Positions 28,163 through 41,784 of a stretch of 63,921 bases of DNA are shown here, piece by piece. Below the pieces are notes generated by a model that ran no database searches, was not told the DNA's origin, and saw only the letters and a list, made by a program, of their open reading frames with translations. The position numbers and the translations under genes are program-made. The stretch spans positions 1 to 63,921 of the forward strand of contig JBFWOE010000004.1 in NCBI GenBank assembly GCA_050250695.1, written 5' to 3'. This DNA comes from Burkholderiales bacterium (lineage in GTDB: Bacteria; Pseudomonadota; Gammaproteobacteria; Burkholderiales; SG8-41). Position 1 is the stretch's first letter; the number at the start of each line of letters is the position of its first letter.

Positions 28163-29014
28163 GGCGGATCGCAATCCTCCCGAAAACCCACAGGTGAAAC
28201 AGCATCATGCTCAGCAGCAACGTCACCAGGGAATATACGGGATCGAGCACCCCCGCCGTGAACACCGACTCGGTGCGGAATACCGAATCCTCATAATTGA
28301 TGAACACCGCCAGCAGCAGGTTGTTGCCCGCGTGCGCGCCCATGGCCAGTTCCAGCCGTCCGTCGCGCAACGCGACGCTCGCCAGGAAAAATCCCATCGC
28401 GAAATAATTGGCTGCCATGATCGCGAGGCCGTACGCGGCCACTTCGGGGTTGTAGAAATGGGGAACTGTGAAAATCACGCTGCTCAGGACTGCCAGCGCC
28501 AGAGGATGCTTCAGACACCGGCCCAGGGCCTGCACCAGGTAGCCGCGGAACACCAGTTCCTCGGCGGCGCACTGCAGCGGGGTCAGCAGCAGCGCAACCA
28601 GCAGGAACGGCAGCCAGCGCTGCAGGTCCAGGCTCCATGCATAACGCCCCGGGTAGAGCAGGCTTTCCACGACGGCAAACCCCACCGCGAGCAGTATCCA
28701 CACCGCAGCGCCTTCGGCCATGCGCCGCCAGTCGAGCGTACTCCGCGGCGTGACCAGCGTGCGCCAGCCCCGGCGGTGCAGCACGATGACCGCAATGAGG
28801 ACGCCGGGGAGCAGCATCAGCACACTGGCATTGACCGCGACAAATTCGGTGACGCGGCCCAGCGGCAGCTGCAGCGCCAGCGCATAAGCGATATTGCCGC
28901 CGACCAGCCAGGCCGTTGCGATGACGGATATGCCCACCAGGTAACGCCACCAGGCATTGCGGCCAGCATCGGCAAGCGCAAGGAACTGCGCGGCAGGTGA
29001 AACGGAAAGCTGCG

Positions 29015-29018
<4 letters not shown>
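28155..29018 (-). CDS. CPBP-family intramembrane glutamic endopeptidase (CAAX protease-like)
   Basis: 287 aa, polytopic. Motif 1 [10 protein letters not shown] and later FTVPH / HAGNN histidines. TTG start overlaps the metH stop (TTGA). Confidence 0.8.
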
Positions 29019-32722
<3,704 letters not shown>

Positions 32723-32863
32723 GGGTTCAAGCTGCGCCTGATGGCGGCCCGGAAGGCCGAAAAAGCGCGAATTTTATCATGGACTTAGTGCATCCTCCGG
32801 CATCTGGCCCGGCCTGCGGTGAGCGCCTATAATGCGCCTTCCCCGACGATCCGCGATGCGCCC

Positions 32864-33250
32864 ATGAAACACCTCGAACCCAAGGAAGCCCACCAGTTCC
32901 TGAAACAGAATCCGAACTCGGTGTTCATCGATTGCCGCAGCGAGATGGAATACCTGTTCGTCGGCCACCCGGTGGGCGCGATCCATGTCGCGTGGAATGA
33001 CGGTCCGAACTGGGACATCAATCCGCACTTCGTCGCCCACGTCAAAAAAGCCGCCAGCGTCGACCGCCCGATCATCGTGATCTGCCGCAGCGGCAACCGC
33101 TCGCTGGACGCGGGACACGCGCTGGAAGAAGCCGGTTTCACCCAGGTCTACAACGTGCTGCATGGCTTCGAGGGTGAGCTCGACGAGAACCACCATCGCG
33201 GCTCGAAAACCGGCTGGCGCTACGACGGCCTGCCGTGGGAGCAGTGTTAA
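32864..33250 (+). CDS. single-domain rhodanese-like sulfurtransferase
   Basis: I prefer ATG 32864 (MKHLEPKEAHQFL...) because a TATAAT box sits at 32828-32833, inside the longer GTG-initiated ORF (32819). Active-site loop CRSGNRS. Confidence 0.8.
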   Translation: MKHLEPKEAHQFLKQNPNSVFIDCRSEMEYLFVGHPVGAIHVAWNDGPNWDINPHFVAHVKKAASVDRPIIVICRSGNRSLDAGHALEEAGFTQVYNVLHGFEGELDENHHRGSKTGWRYDGLPWEQC

Positions 33251-33371
33251 CAGGTTGTTGAACCATCGGTTGCAGCCGCTTGCGACGATGCCCCGGGAAT
33301 TTTTCAACGTCCCGTCATGCCGCGCCTGGACTGCGGACCACTGCAACCTGCCCGGGAAATCGGTAAAGCAA

Positions 33372-36300
33372 TTACTTGCGTGGTTTTCCGCGACGTTTAC
33401 CCGGAGCGAGCCAGTCGCGAATGCACTTTCGCACCGGTGCGAAACTGTGCTGCTTTTCGAAATAATGATGGATCTCCCCGCTGCTCAGGCCCGCCTGCAT
33501 CGCGCGGTTCTGGGTCTGTCCGCTGAGGATGATGCGCAGCGTCGCGGGATGAAGTCTGGCGGCCTGGGCCAGCAACTGCGCGCCGTTCATGCCGGGCATG
33601 GAGAAATCCGAAACAATCACATTGACCGCGCGCTTGCCCAGTATTTCGATGGCTGCCTCGCCTGAATCCGCCGTCAGCAGCTCGTAACCGTCGGAGCGCA
33701 GGGAGTGCATCGCCAGTGCCAGCGCATCCTGGTCATCATCCACCAGCAGCACCGCGGTCCGTCTGGCATGCCTGTCATCCGCTTCCGGCCGGTGCGCCTG
33801 CGGCGCCGTTGCGCCTGGTTCCCGGGAGCTCTTACGGTTCGCGCCGATGCCGCCGGACAATGTGAAGAAAAAGATCGCACCCCGCGCTGCCGCGGCTTCC
33901 GCCCAGGCATCGCCGCCATGCCGGCGCATCACCCGCCGCACCGTCGCCAGGCCGACGCCGGTTCCCGGAAATTCGCGGTCCGTATGCAGGCGCTGAAAAG
34001 CGCCGAACAGCCGGTCCGCGTGCTCCATGTTGAAACCGACGCCATTGTCGCGAACGTAATAGGCGGTGTTGCCGAGCAACTGCAAGCTGCCGACCTCGAT
34101 GAGCGCATCCGGGGTATTGCCGGTGAATTTCCACGCGTTGTGCAGCAGGTTCATCAGTGCGGAGCGCAGCAGGCCGGGATCGGCCATGGCGTGCAGCCCG
34201 GATTCGATCCGGACATCGACATGGCGATCCGGTTGATCGCGGCGCAGGTCGTCGATGATCGACTGCGCGAGATCGGACAGACTGACTTCCTGCAGCGCGA
34301 GTTCGGCGCGCGCAACCCGTGACAGGCGCAACAGGTCCTCGATAAGGCCGCCCATGCGCGCGACGACGGCGCGGATGCGCCCCAGCATGTGTTGCCCGGC
34401 CGGATCAAGCGTGGCGCCATGGTCTTCGATCAGGCCGGCGGCTAAACCGTCAAGGTTGCGCAGCGGGGCCCGCAGGTCGTGCGATATCGAGGCCGCGAAT
34501 GCCTCCAGTTCTTCGTTGGCATTGGACAGTTGAGCAGTGCGCTCGGCCACACGCCGCTCCAGGGCGGTATTCAGTTTTTCCACTTCCAGCGACCGCCGCC
34601 TGTAATCCGTGACGTCGCGGCTGATCGAAACGACGCCGATCACGCCGCCGCCGGCATCGCGCAGCGGGCTCTTGGTGGTAACAAACCAGCGCGGATCTTC
34701 TGCAGTGCCTTCCTCGCGCTCGCGCGGGATGCTGGGCCGCCCGGTGGCCAATACGGCACGATCTTCGTCGTTGAACCAGCCGGATCCGCGGTCCTGCCCC
34801 TGGCCTGCATGGCCTGCTGCGCTGTCCCGATCCGATGCACCGGCGCGCCGCCAGGCCTCGTTGGCCAATATGGTATCCAGATTGCGATCGCGGACACGGA
34901 TCGGGTCGGGAATGTTGTCTATCACCGTGCGCAGCAGATTGCGTTCCGCCGCAAGCGCTTCCCGTGCCTGGCGCCTTTCGGTCACATCACGCGCAATCCC
35001 CAGCAGTTCAGCAACAGCTCCGGATGCGCCATACAGCGGCACCGCGTGAATTTCCAGCCAGACTCTCTTGCCCCCCGGCCCCGTCGCTTCAAATTCCAGC
35101 ATGCCGGCGCTGCCCGCGAGTATGCGCCGGTGCAGACCGATGAATGCGCGGCGATATTCTGCCGCGACATGCCTGATGACCGGCTTGCGCTGCATCTCGG
35201 CCAGTGAGGCCGCTCCCAGCATCCGCAATCCCGCGGGATTCATCTCCAGCAGCGTGCCGTCCGGCGCCACGGTGGCCACGCACTCAGGTTCAGCCGCGAT
35301 GATCGCACGCAGCCGGTTTTCGCTGTCACGCAGTCTCTCTTCAGCGAGCTTGCGTGCGTTGATGTCCTGATAGGTCGCAATCACGCGATTCACCCGGCCG
35401 TCAGCGTCGGGCAGCGCCGCCACCGACAGGCGAACCCACAGGAAACCGCCATCCTTGCAGCGGAGGCGTTTATCCCGCTCATAACTGGTGATTTCTCCCC
35501 GGAGCAGGCGATTATTGTCGGAAATTGCAGCGCCCTGCTCTTCCGGCATCGTGAGGTCCGCCGTGCTCATGCGCAGCAGTTCCTCCCTCCTGTAACCCGT
35601 CATTTCGCAGATCCGGTCATTCACCACTTCCCACGGGCGATGACGGTCGTGGAGAAAGCGCATCGTGATGCCGATCCCGGCGTGGTCAAATATCGCTCGG
35701 AAACGCTGCTCGCTTTCGCGAATCATGTGTTCACTGCGCACTTTTTCCGTCATGTCATTGATGACGAGTAGCCGTGCCCCTTTGCCGTTGAACTCGAACG
35801 GGCGCGTCACAATATCAACTTCGATTTCGGTGCCGCCGTTCAAGACATGCGTACGCCGGGCTTTTGACTCCGCATCCGCCGGTCGCGCGGCCACTTCGCG
35901 GATATAGTCGTCCTGCGTCCCGCTGCTCAGCAGTTCCACCGTCGTCATCCTGGAAAACTGTTCTCGGGTATACCCGTATTTGTCCACCATGGCCTGGTTG
36001 ACGGCGAGGATATCCAGTGAATTCTCGTCGCGGATCAGCACCGGCAACGGGTTGGCGTCGAACAACTGCCGGTACAGTTCCTCGCTTTGCCGCACGACGC
36101 CAGCTACGCGCACCGCTTCCGCCGCACGCAACCGCTGCCGTGACAGGAATGACAGCAGCCCGGCAGTCAGAATTACAATCAGAATTACCAGCATGATTGC
36201 GCCGCCGACATACCAGGCACGGACTACGCCGAGGCGCGCCGCTGTATTTTCCTCGTCGACCCTGACGGCGACGATGAGCGGGAAATTCTCCACCGCGCGA

Positions 36301-37085
36301 TAGGCCCAGACCCCCGACGTCACGCCGCCGGCTGCCGGCGCGACAACCCTGCCGGCGCGTTTCGCACCGGCTCCAACGGCTTGGGCAAGAAATGTCCAGT
36401 CCGCCTGCATCAACGTCTGCCGCCCAGCCGGATTGCGCCAGAATGCCGCGCGCGCGGCACCGTCACGCCCGACCAGCGCGAATGCTTCTGCCTTACCAAA
36501 ATACTCCTGCTGCAGCAAACCATCCCAGTACGAAAGATCCACCGCAACGATCGCCACGCCACCGAACGATCCGCCAGGCCCGTTGATGCGTCTGGTCAGG
36601 TGAAATGACCATTTTCCCGATACGCGGCCCAGCACGGGCTTGTTGACGAAGGGCAACCCTGTATCACGCTCGACGTGGACGCGGAAATGCTCAAGATCGG
36701 CAATACCCGCGCCGGGCGGAATGGGCAGGTTGCTTAGAACCAGGCGTCCCTGCGCATCCGCCACCGAGACCACTGCAGCGATGTCTTTGATGTCACTGGC
36801 TTCCTGCAATAACCGGGCAATGTCGGCATTCAGGCCGTCGCGCTCAACCACCCGCTTCAATCTGCGCACCACGTCATCCGCGCTGAGCATGGTGCTGCGG
36901 GCATTTGCCTGCAGCAACTGCACCACATCTTCCGCGTGATGCAGCGCAAACTCGTACTCGGTCGCGCGGTAGCTGTGGTAGGACAGCCACGCTGCAACGA
37001 CGACCGAAGCGCTCAGCAGGACGGCGGCAGCAATGGCAACCCACTCGACCAGATGCCGGGGGTGCGGATGTCCGCTGGAATTCAT
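33372..37085 (-). CDS. hybrid sensor histidine kinase/response regulator with periplasmic Cache-like domain and multiple PAS domains
   Basis: 1237 aa. Two TM helices flank a periplasmic domain of about 270 aa, followed by about four PAS repeats. H-box SHDLRAPL, N/G boxes (LLHNAWKFT, DNGVGF, GTGVGLA). C-terminal receiver (VLLVDDD...IVSDFSMPGMNG). Confidence 0.9.
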   Translation of the reverse strand: MNSSGHPHPRHLVEWVAIAAAVLLSASVVVAAWLSYHSYRATEYEFALHHAEDVVQLLQANARSTMLSADDVVRRLKRVVERDGLNADIARLLQEASDIKDIAAVVSVADAQGRLVLSNLPIPPGAGIADLEHFRVHVERDTGLPFVNKPVLGRVSGKWSFHLTRRINGPGGSFGGVAIVAVDLSYWDGLLQQEYFGKAEAFALVGRDGAARAAFWRNPAGRQTLMQADWTFLAQAVGAGAKRAGRVVAPAAGGVTSGVWAYRAVENFPLIVAVRVDEENTAARLGVVRAWYVGGAIMLVILIVILTAGLLSFLSRQRLRAAEAVRVAGVVRQSEELYRQLFDANPLPVLIRDENSLDILAVNQAMVDKYGYTREQFSRMTTVELLSSGTQDDYIREVAARPADAESKARRTHVLNGGTEIEVDIVTRPFEFNGKGARLLVINDMTEKVRSEHMIRESEQRFRAIFDHAGIGITMRFLHDRHRPWEVVNDRICEMTGYRREELLRMSTADLTMPEEQGAAISDNNRLLRGEITSYERDKRLRCKDGGFLWVRLSVAALPDADGRVNRVIATYQDINARKLAEERLRDSENRLRAIIAAEPECVATVAPDGTLLEMNPAGLRMLGAASLAEMQRKPVIRHVAAEYRRAFIGLHRRILAGSAGMLEFEATGPGGKRVWLEIHAVPLYGASGAVAELLGIARDVTERRQAREALAAERNLLRTVIDNIPDPIRVRDRNLDTILANEAWRRAGASDRDSAAGHAGQGQDRGSGWFNDEDRAVLATGRPSIPREREEGTAEDPRWFVTTKSPLRDAGGGVIGVVSISRDVTDYRRRSLEVEKLNTALERRVAERTAQLSNANEELEAFAASISHDLRAPLRNLDGLAAGLIEDHGATLDPAGQHMLGRIRAVVARMGGLIEDLLRLSRVARAELALQEVSLSDLAQSIIDDLRRDQPDRHVDVRIESGLHAMADPGLLRSALMNLLHNAWKFTGNTPDALIEVGSLQLLGNTAYYVRDNGVGFNMEHADRLFGAFQRLHTDREFPGTGVGLATVRRVMRRHGGDAWAEAAAARGAIFFFTLSGGIGANRKSSREPGATAPQAHRPEADDRHARRTAVLLVDDDQDALALAMHSLRSDGYELLTADSGEAAIEILGKRAVNVIVSDFSMPGMNGAQLLAQAARLHPATLRIILSGQTQNRAMQAGLSSGEIHHYFEKQHSFAPVRKCIRDWLAPGKRRGKPRK

Positions 37086-37238
37086 CGGATGGAGCCGGAC
37101 ACGGATGCTTTCAGGCGCATTGTCAGGACAGGGAGGCGGTCAAAAACGGGTTGCGTACAAGTTACGCGGTAAGCCTGCCGGAGAGCCTATCAGTACTTCA
37201 GCACAAGCAAAATGGCAGATTGCTCAACTGAACCCGCC

Positions 37239-38474
37239 TTATTCCGCGTTTGCCGCCGGATGCGGACGGACCGCCATCCGCCGATACAATAATAACCAGG
37301 CGAATCCGCCTGCGGACATCAAGCCGCTCATGGTCAGCGCCAAAGCCAGCGCATCGCCCGACACCAGGGGCGACACCACGCCGGCGGTAATGCCGGCAAC
37401 CAGGCTGTGGGCGAATCCCTGCAAAGATGCCGTGGTCCCGCGCAACTGCGGGTACAGGTCCAGTGTCAGCAGGGTCACGCTGGGCATGGTCAGCGCCATC
37501 CCCGTGCTGTAAACCATCACCGGCAGCACGGTCCACGGCAGCGCCGGCGGCAGCGTGGCGCAGTACGCAATATTCACCACGACCGCGCTGCCCATGGTCA
37601 GGTATCCCGCCAGTACCGTGCTCTGCGGCGTCAGCCTGCCGGCAAGTTTTCCGGAAAGGAATGCGCCGAGCATGACGCCGCCGATGGCCGGCACGAACAG
37701 CCATGGAAAATCCGTAGCCGTGAGTTTCAGCAGGTCGTAGATCACTGCCGGCGCGGAAACGATGTAGAGGAAAAACCCCGAAAAATTGAATGCCACGACC
37801 AGGCACAGCAGCACAAGTTGCGGATTGCCGCCCAGCCGCGCGTAGTTGCGCAGCAGCGGCAGCGCCCGGAACGGCTGTCGCGCGGCAACCGGATGCGTCT
37901 CCGGCAACCGCCACCAGGCGGCAACGAACATGGCTGCGCCGTACAGCGCAAGAAACCAGAAAATCGCGCGCCATCCCGACGCCGCCTGCAACCAGCCGCC
38001 GATCACCGGCGCGATGGCCGGCGCGATGCCGAAAATCATGGTGACCAACGACATCAGGCGCTGCGCTTCGTGCCCCTGCTGGCTGTCGCGGATGATCGCG
38101 CGACCGATGATGATCCCGGCTCCGGCCGAAAGTCCCTGCAAGGCGCGCCAGAACAGCAGTTGCGGCAATGAAGTGGCCAGCGCGCAGCCGACGGCGGTAA
38201 CGACATACAGCATCAGGCTGGCCAGAATCACCGGGCGCCGGCCGAAGGAATCGGACAGCGTGCCGTGAAACAGGGTCATCAACGCAACGGCAAACAGGTA
38301 CAGGCTCAGCGTCTGCTGCATCTGCGCCGGCGTCGCCTGCAGGTCGGCGGCAACATAGGGAAATGCCGGAAGGTAGGTGTCGATCGTGAACGGGCCGATC
38401 ATCGCCAGGCCCGCGAGTATCACGGCGAGCACCGGCAGCGCGATCGGTGCCGCGTGCCGCGGCGCGACGCTCAT
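37239..38474 (-). CDS. MFS transporter, Bcr/CflA drug-resistance subfamily
   Basis: 411 aa, 12 TM. GPFTIDTYLPAFP and LSDSFGRRPV motifs. ATGA overlap with the upstream yifB-like stop. Confidence 0.85.
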   Translation of the reverse strand: MSVAPRHAAPIALPVLAVILAGLAMIGPFTIDTYLPAFPYVAADLQATPAQMQQTLSLYLFAVALMTLFHGTLSDSFGRRPVILASLMLYVVTAVGCALATSLPQLLFWRALQGLSAGAGIIIGRAIIRDSQQGHEAQRLMSLVTMIFGIAPAIAPVIGGWLQAASGWRAIFWFLALYGAAMFVAAWWRLPETHPVAARQPFRALPLLRNYARLGGNPQLVLLCLVVAFNFSGFFLYIVSAPAVIYDLLKLTATDFPWLFVPAIGGVMLGAFLSGKLAGRLTPQSTVLAGYLTMGSAVVVNIAYCATLPPALPWTVLPVMVYSTGMALTMPSVTLLTLDLYPQLRGTTASLQGFAHSLVAGITAGVVSPLVSGDALALALTMSGLMSAGGFAWLLLYRRMAVRPHPAANAE

Positions 38475-39967
38475 GCGCGATCCAGGCGGCGGTACTGGAT
38501 GGCTTCCGCAATATGCGCGCCGCCCACCGCGTCCGCGCCGGCGAGATCGGCAATCGTGCGCGCCAGCCTGAGGATGCGATGATAGGCACGCGCCGACAGA
38601 GCGAACCTCGCGATGGCCTGCTGGAGCAGGGTCTGCCCATGCGCATCCGTGGCGCAGTGGCGTTCGGTTTCGCGTGTCTCCAGCATCGCATTGGGCTTGT
38701 GCTGGCGGCCGAGGGCAAGGGCGCGCGCGGCTGCTACACGGTTGCGTACCATCGCAGATGATTCTCCGGAAGTACGCCGCAGCAGATCCGCCTGCGGCAG
38801 CGCCGGCACCTCGATCTGCAGGTCAATGCGGTCGAGCAGCGGTCCCGAAATGCGTGCACGGTAACGCGCGACCTGGTCCGGAGTGCAGCGGCAGCGCCCG
38901 TTGTGATGACCGAGATAACCGCAGGGACAGGGATTCATCGCAGCGACCAGCTGGAAGCGCGCCGGGAAATCAGCCTGGCGCGCGGCGCGCGACACCGTGA
39001 TCCGCCCCGACTCCAGTGGTTCGCGCAGCACCTCCAGAACCTTGCGTTCGAATTCAGGCAATTCATCCAGGAATAATACGCCATGCATCGCCAACGAAAT
39101 TTCACCCGGCCGCGGATTGCTGCCGCCGCCCACCAGGGCAACCGCCGACGCTGTGTGGTGCGGCGCGCGATAAGGGCGCCGCATCCATGTCGCTACATCG
39201 AATCCGCTGGACCCGATCGACTGGATGGCAGCTGACTCTACCGCTTCCTGCTGCGTCATCGGCGGCAGCAGTCCTGGCAGTCGCTGCGCCAGCATGGTTT
39301 TGCCGGTGCCGGGAGGGCCGGTCATCAGCAGGCTGTGCGCGCCGGCAGCGGCAATTTCCAGTGCGCGCCGCGCATGCTGCTGCCCCTTGACGTCGATCAG
39401 GTCGGGGTACGGGCACACATCGTGCCGCGCGACGGGCAAGGCGCGCGGCAAGCCGCCGCGGCCGGCCAGGTGCATGCAGACCTCGCCCAGCGTATCGGCG
39501 GCATAGACGACCGTACCGTCCGCCAGCGCCGCCTCCGCGGCGTTGGTTTTCGGCAATACAAAAGCCCTGCCGTCGCGGGCCACGGCCAGCGCCATCGCCA
39601 GACCGCCGCGCACCGGGCGCAACGCGCCGGTCAGCGCCAGTTCGCCGGCAAATTCGTAGTCGCCGATGGCCTTGCCGGGAATCTGCCCGGACGCGGCCAG
39701 TATGCCGAGTGCTATCGGCAGATCGAAACGCCCCGATTCCTTGGGCAGATCCGCGGGGGCCAGGTTGACGGTGATTCTTCGGGCGGGGAATTCGAATTGC
39801 GCGTTCTGCAGCGCCGCGCGCACCCGGTCCTTGGCTTCCTTCACCTCGGCTTCGGGCAGGCCGACGATGGTAAAAGCCGGCAGGCCATTGGCGAGATGCG
39901 CTTCCACTGTCACCAGCGGGGCATCCATGCCCGAGAGGGCGCGACTGTAGAGCACGGCCAGTGACAC
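38471..39967 (-). CDS. yifB: YifB/ComM-family Mg-chelatase-like AAA+ ATPase
   Basis: Start re-placed at GTG 39967 (VSLAVLYSRALSGMDAPLVTVEAHL, the usual family N-terminus). Walker A GPPGTGKT and Walker B LFLDELPEF. Confidence 0.88.
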   Translation of the reverse strand: MSLAVLYSRALSGMDAPLVTVEAHLANGLPAFTIVGLPEAEVKEAKDRVRAALQNAQFEFPARRITVNLAPADLPKESGRFDLPIALGILAASGQIPGKAIGDYEFAGELALTGALRPVRGGLAMALAVARDGRAFVLPKTNAAEAALADGTVVYAADTLGEVCMHLAGRGGLPRALPVARHDVCPYPDLIDVKGQQHARRALEIAAAGAHSLLMTGPPGTGKTMLAQRLPGLLPPMTQQEAVESAAIQSIGSSGFDVATWMRRPYRAPHHTASAVALVGGGSNPRPGEISLAMHGVLFLDELPEFERKVLEVLREPLESGRITVSRAARQADFPARFQLVAAMNPCPCGYLGHHNGRCRCTPDQVARYRARISGPLLDRIDLQIEVPALPQADLLRRTSGESSAMVRNRVAAARALALGRQHKPNAMLETRETERHCATDAHGQTLLQQAIARFALSARAYHRILRLARTIADLAGADAVGGAHIAEAIQYRRLDRA

Positions 39968-40016
39968 GCGGGATCTGCCATTCCGGAAACGGTGGAAAAC
40001 CACACAACGGCTGCGC

Positions 40017-40044
40017 CCGGCCGGCGGCTGACCGCGCCGGCCGG
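40017..40044. other. perfect 10-bp GC stem-loop between ubiK and yifB
   Basis: CCGGCCGGCG (40017-40026), 8-nt loop, CGCCGGCCGG (40035-40044). No U-tract on either strand. Confidence 0.5.
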
Positions 40045-40059
40045 ATCAGCACAGGGGGG

Positions 40060-40302
40060 TTATCGTGTTCGCGCTGCCGCGGCTTCCAGTTCCGCCACCT
40101 TGCGTTCGAGCTCGTCCAGCTGCGCCCGGGCCCGGGCCAGCACCTCGCGCTGGATGTCGAATTCCTCCCGGCTGACCAGGTCCAGCCGGGTCAACCACGC
40201 CGAGAGCATTGCCCGCAGATTTTTCTCGAGATCCGCCGCCGGGCTTTGCGCCAGCACGGCGCGCAGTTTTTCATTGATTTCGTCCAGCAGCTTCTGATCC
40301 AT
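40060..40302 (-). CDS. ubiK: UbiK/YqiC-family accessory factor (coiled-coil)
   Basis: 80 aa. [17 protein letters not shown]...[32 protein letters not shown] matches the family pattern. Confidence 0.8.
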   Translation of the reverse strand: MDQKLLDEINEKLRAVLAQSPAADLEKNLRAMLSAWLTRLDLVSREEFDIQREVLARARAQLDELERKVAELEAAAARTR

Positions 40303-40415
40303 GCGGCCTCCAGTCTGGACTCGAGTTTAGCAATTTAGTCACCCTGCCCGGACTGTTCGCCCATGCCTCACCCCGGGGCGGCAATGCCAACTTCTGGTGC
40401 GTTGCCCTTATTTCG

Positions 40416-40432
40416 TGCACCCGAATGAGGCA
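40416..40432 (+). promoter_or_regulatory. candidate NtrC-type enhancer site
   Basis: TGCACCCGAATGAGGCA versus consensus TGCACCA-N3-TGGTGCA (11 of 14 specified positions). It lies about 65-80 nt upstream of the -24 element. A weaker second site is at 40385-40401 (TGCCAACTTCTGGTGCG), and AT-rich DNA lies between the sites and the promoter. Confidence 0.35.
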
Positions 40433-40494
40433 TCCACATTTTTGTCATAACTGGAGAAATTACATAAATATTTGTTTTTAAACATTTTTTTATC

Positions 40495-40510
40495 TGGCAC
40501 GGTACCTGCT
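40495..40510 (+). promoter_or_regulatory. sigma-54 (-24/-12) promoter of the porin-glnK-amtB operon
   Basis: TGGCAC-GGTAC-CTGCT matches TGGCAC-N5-TTGCW except for one base. It lies about 55 nt upstream of the porin ATG (40564), in a nitrogen-regulated context. Confidence 0.65.
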
Positions 40511-40563
40511 GAGCAAGTCTCGCAGTTTTATTGCACATGTGCCAACTACGAAAGGGAATCAAC

Positions 40564-41361
40564 ATGTTTAAGAAGACCATCATCGCCGGACTCGTCGCCA
40601 CCGCTTTTGTGCCCGCGCTGGCCTCCGCAGCCGATTCGCCGCATACGCTGACCGGCAACGTCGGGATCTACAGCCAGTACATATTCCGCGGCCTGATGCA
40701 GACCAACAAGGACCCGGCGCTGCAAGGCGGCTTTGATTACAGCCATTCCAGCGGCTTCTACGCTGGCACATGGCTGTCGAACATCAGCTGGCTCACCGAC
40801 TCGCCCGCGGCCACGGGTTACAAGAGCAGCAGCCTGGAATGGGACATCTACGGCGGCTACCGGGGCAGCATCGGCGACATCGGTTACGACGTGGGCATAC
40901 TGCAGTACTACTATCCGGGCACCCATGACGCAGTAACCTTCCCCGGCACCGTGAAGGCCGATACCCTCGAAATCTACGGCGCCCTGTCCTGGAAATGGCT
41001 GAGCGCAAAGTATTCACACAGTATCGGCAACAAAACCTTCGGCGTCGCCAACAGCCGTGATACCTACTACCTCGACCTTTCGGTCAACTTCCCTGTTACC
41101 GACAAGTTGACGCTGTCCGCGCACTACGGCATCCAGGAATTCGACGGCGCCACACCTGCTGGCGTATCGAACGATACATTCGCGTCGTACGATGACTGGA
41201 AAATTGGCGCTTCCTACGCGCTGCCGCAAAACTTTACCGTCGGCGTGTTCTTTACCGGCACCGACATGAGTGCGACCCAGAAAGCGTTCTACACCAACGC
41301 GGCCGACACCCGCTTCGTCGGCAAGGATACGGCCACGGTTTTCCTGTCGAAAACCTTCTGA
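40564..41361 (+). CDS. TorF-family putative outer-membrane porin (TIGR02001-like)
   Basis: Start re-placed at ATG 40564 (MFKKTIIAGLVATAFVPALASA signal). LTGNVGIYSQYIFRGLMQTNKDPALQGGFDYSHSSGFYAGTWLSN is typical of this family, and the protein ends with a terminal Phe. Confidence 0.8.
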   Translation: MFKKTIIAGLVATAFVPALASAADSPHTLTGNVGIYSQYIFRGLMQTNKDPALQGGFDYSHSSGFYAGTWLSNISWLTDSPAATGYKSSSLEWDIYGGYRGSIGDIGYDVGILQYYYPGTHDAVTFPGTVKADTLEIYGALSWKWLSAKYSHSIGNKTFGVANSRDTYYLDLSVNFPVTDKLTLSAHYGIQEFDGATPAGVSNDTFASYDDWKIGASYALPQNFTVGVFFTGTDMSATQKAFYTNAADTRFVGKDTATVFLSKTF

Positions 41362-41772
<411 letters not shown>

Positions 41773-41784
41773 TTGGAGAATAAA

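Noticed and set aside
32723-32818. Possible SAH or cobalamin riboswitch in the metH leader.
   Set aside because: The leader is only about 95 nt, too short for a B12 element. Apart from one small hairpin (CGGCC-UUCC-GGGCCG) I could not find the conserved SAH-riboswitch segments. The spacer also has to hold the divergent rhodanese promoter (TATAAT 32828-32833).
33268-33360. 8-nt inverted repeat GGTTGCAG/CTGCAACC plus direct repeat CCCGGGAA(A)T in the convergent rhodanese/kinase spacer.
   Set aside because: The arms are 65 nt apart, and by rough estimate an 8-nt match within about 120 nt is not statistically remarkable. There is no U-tract or second copy.
40533-40542. Perfect 10-bp palindrome GCACATGTGC in the porin 5' UTR.
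   Set aside because: Perfect 10-bp palindromes are expected dozens of times by chance in 64 kb (about one per 1024 positions), and the match does not extend into the flanks.
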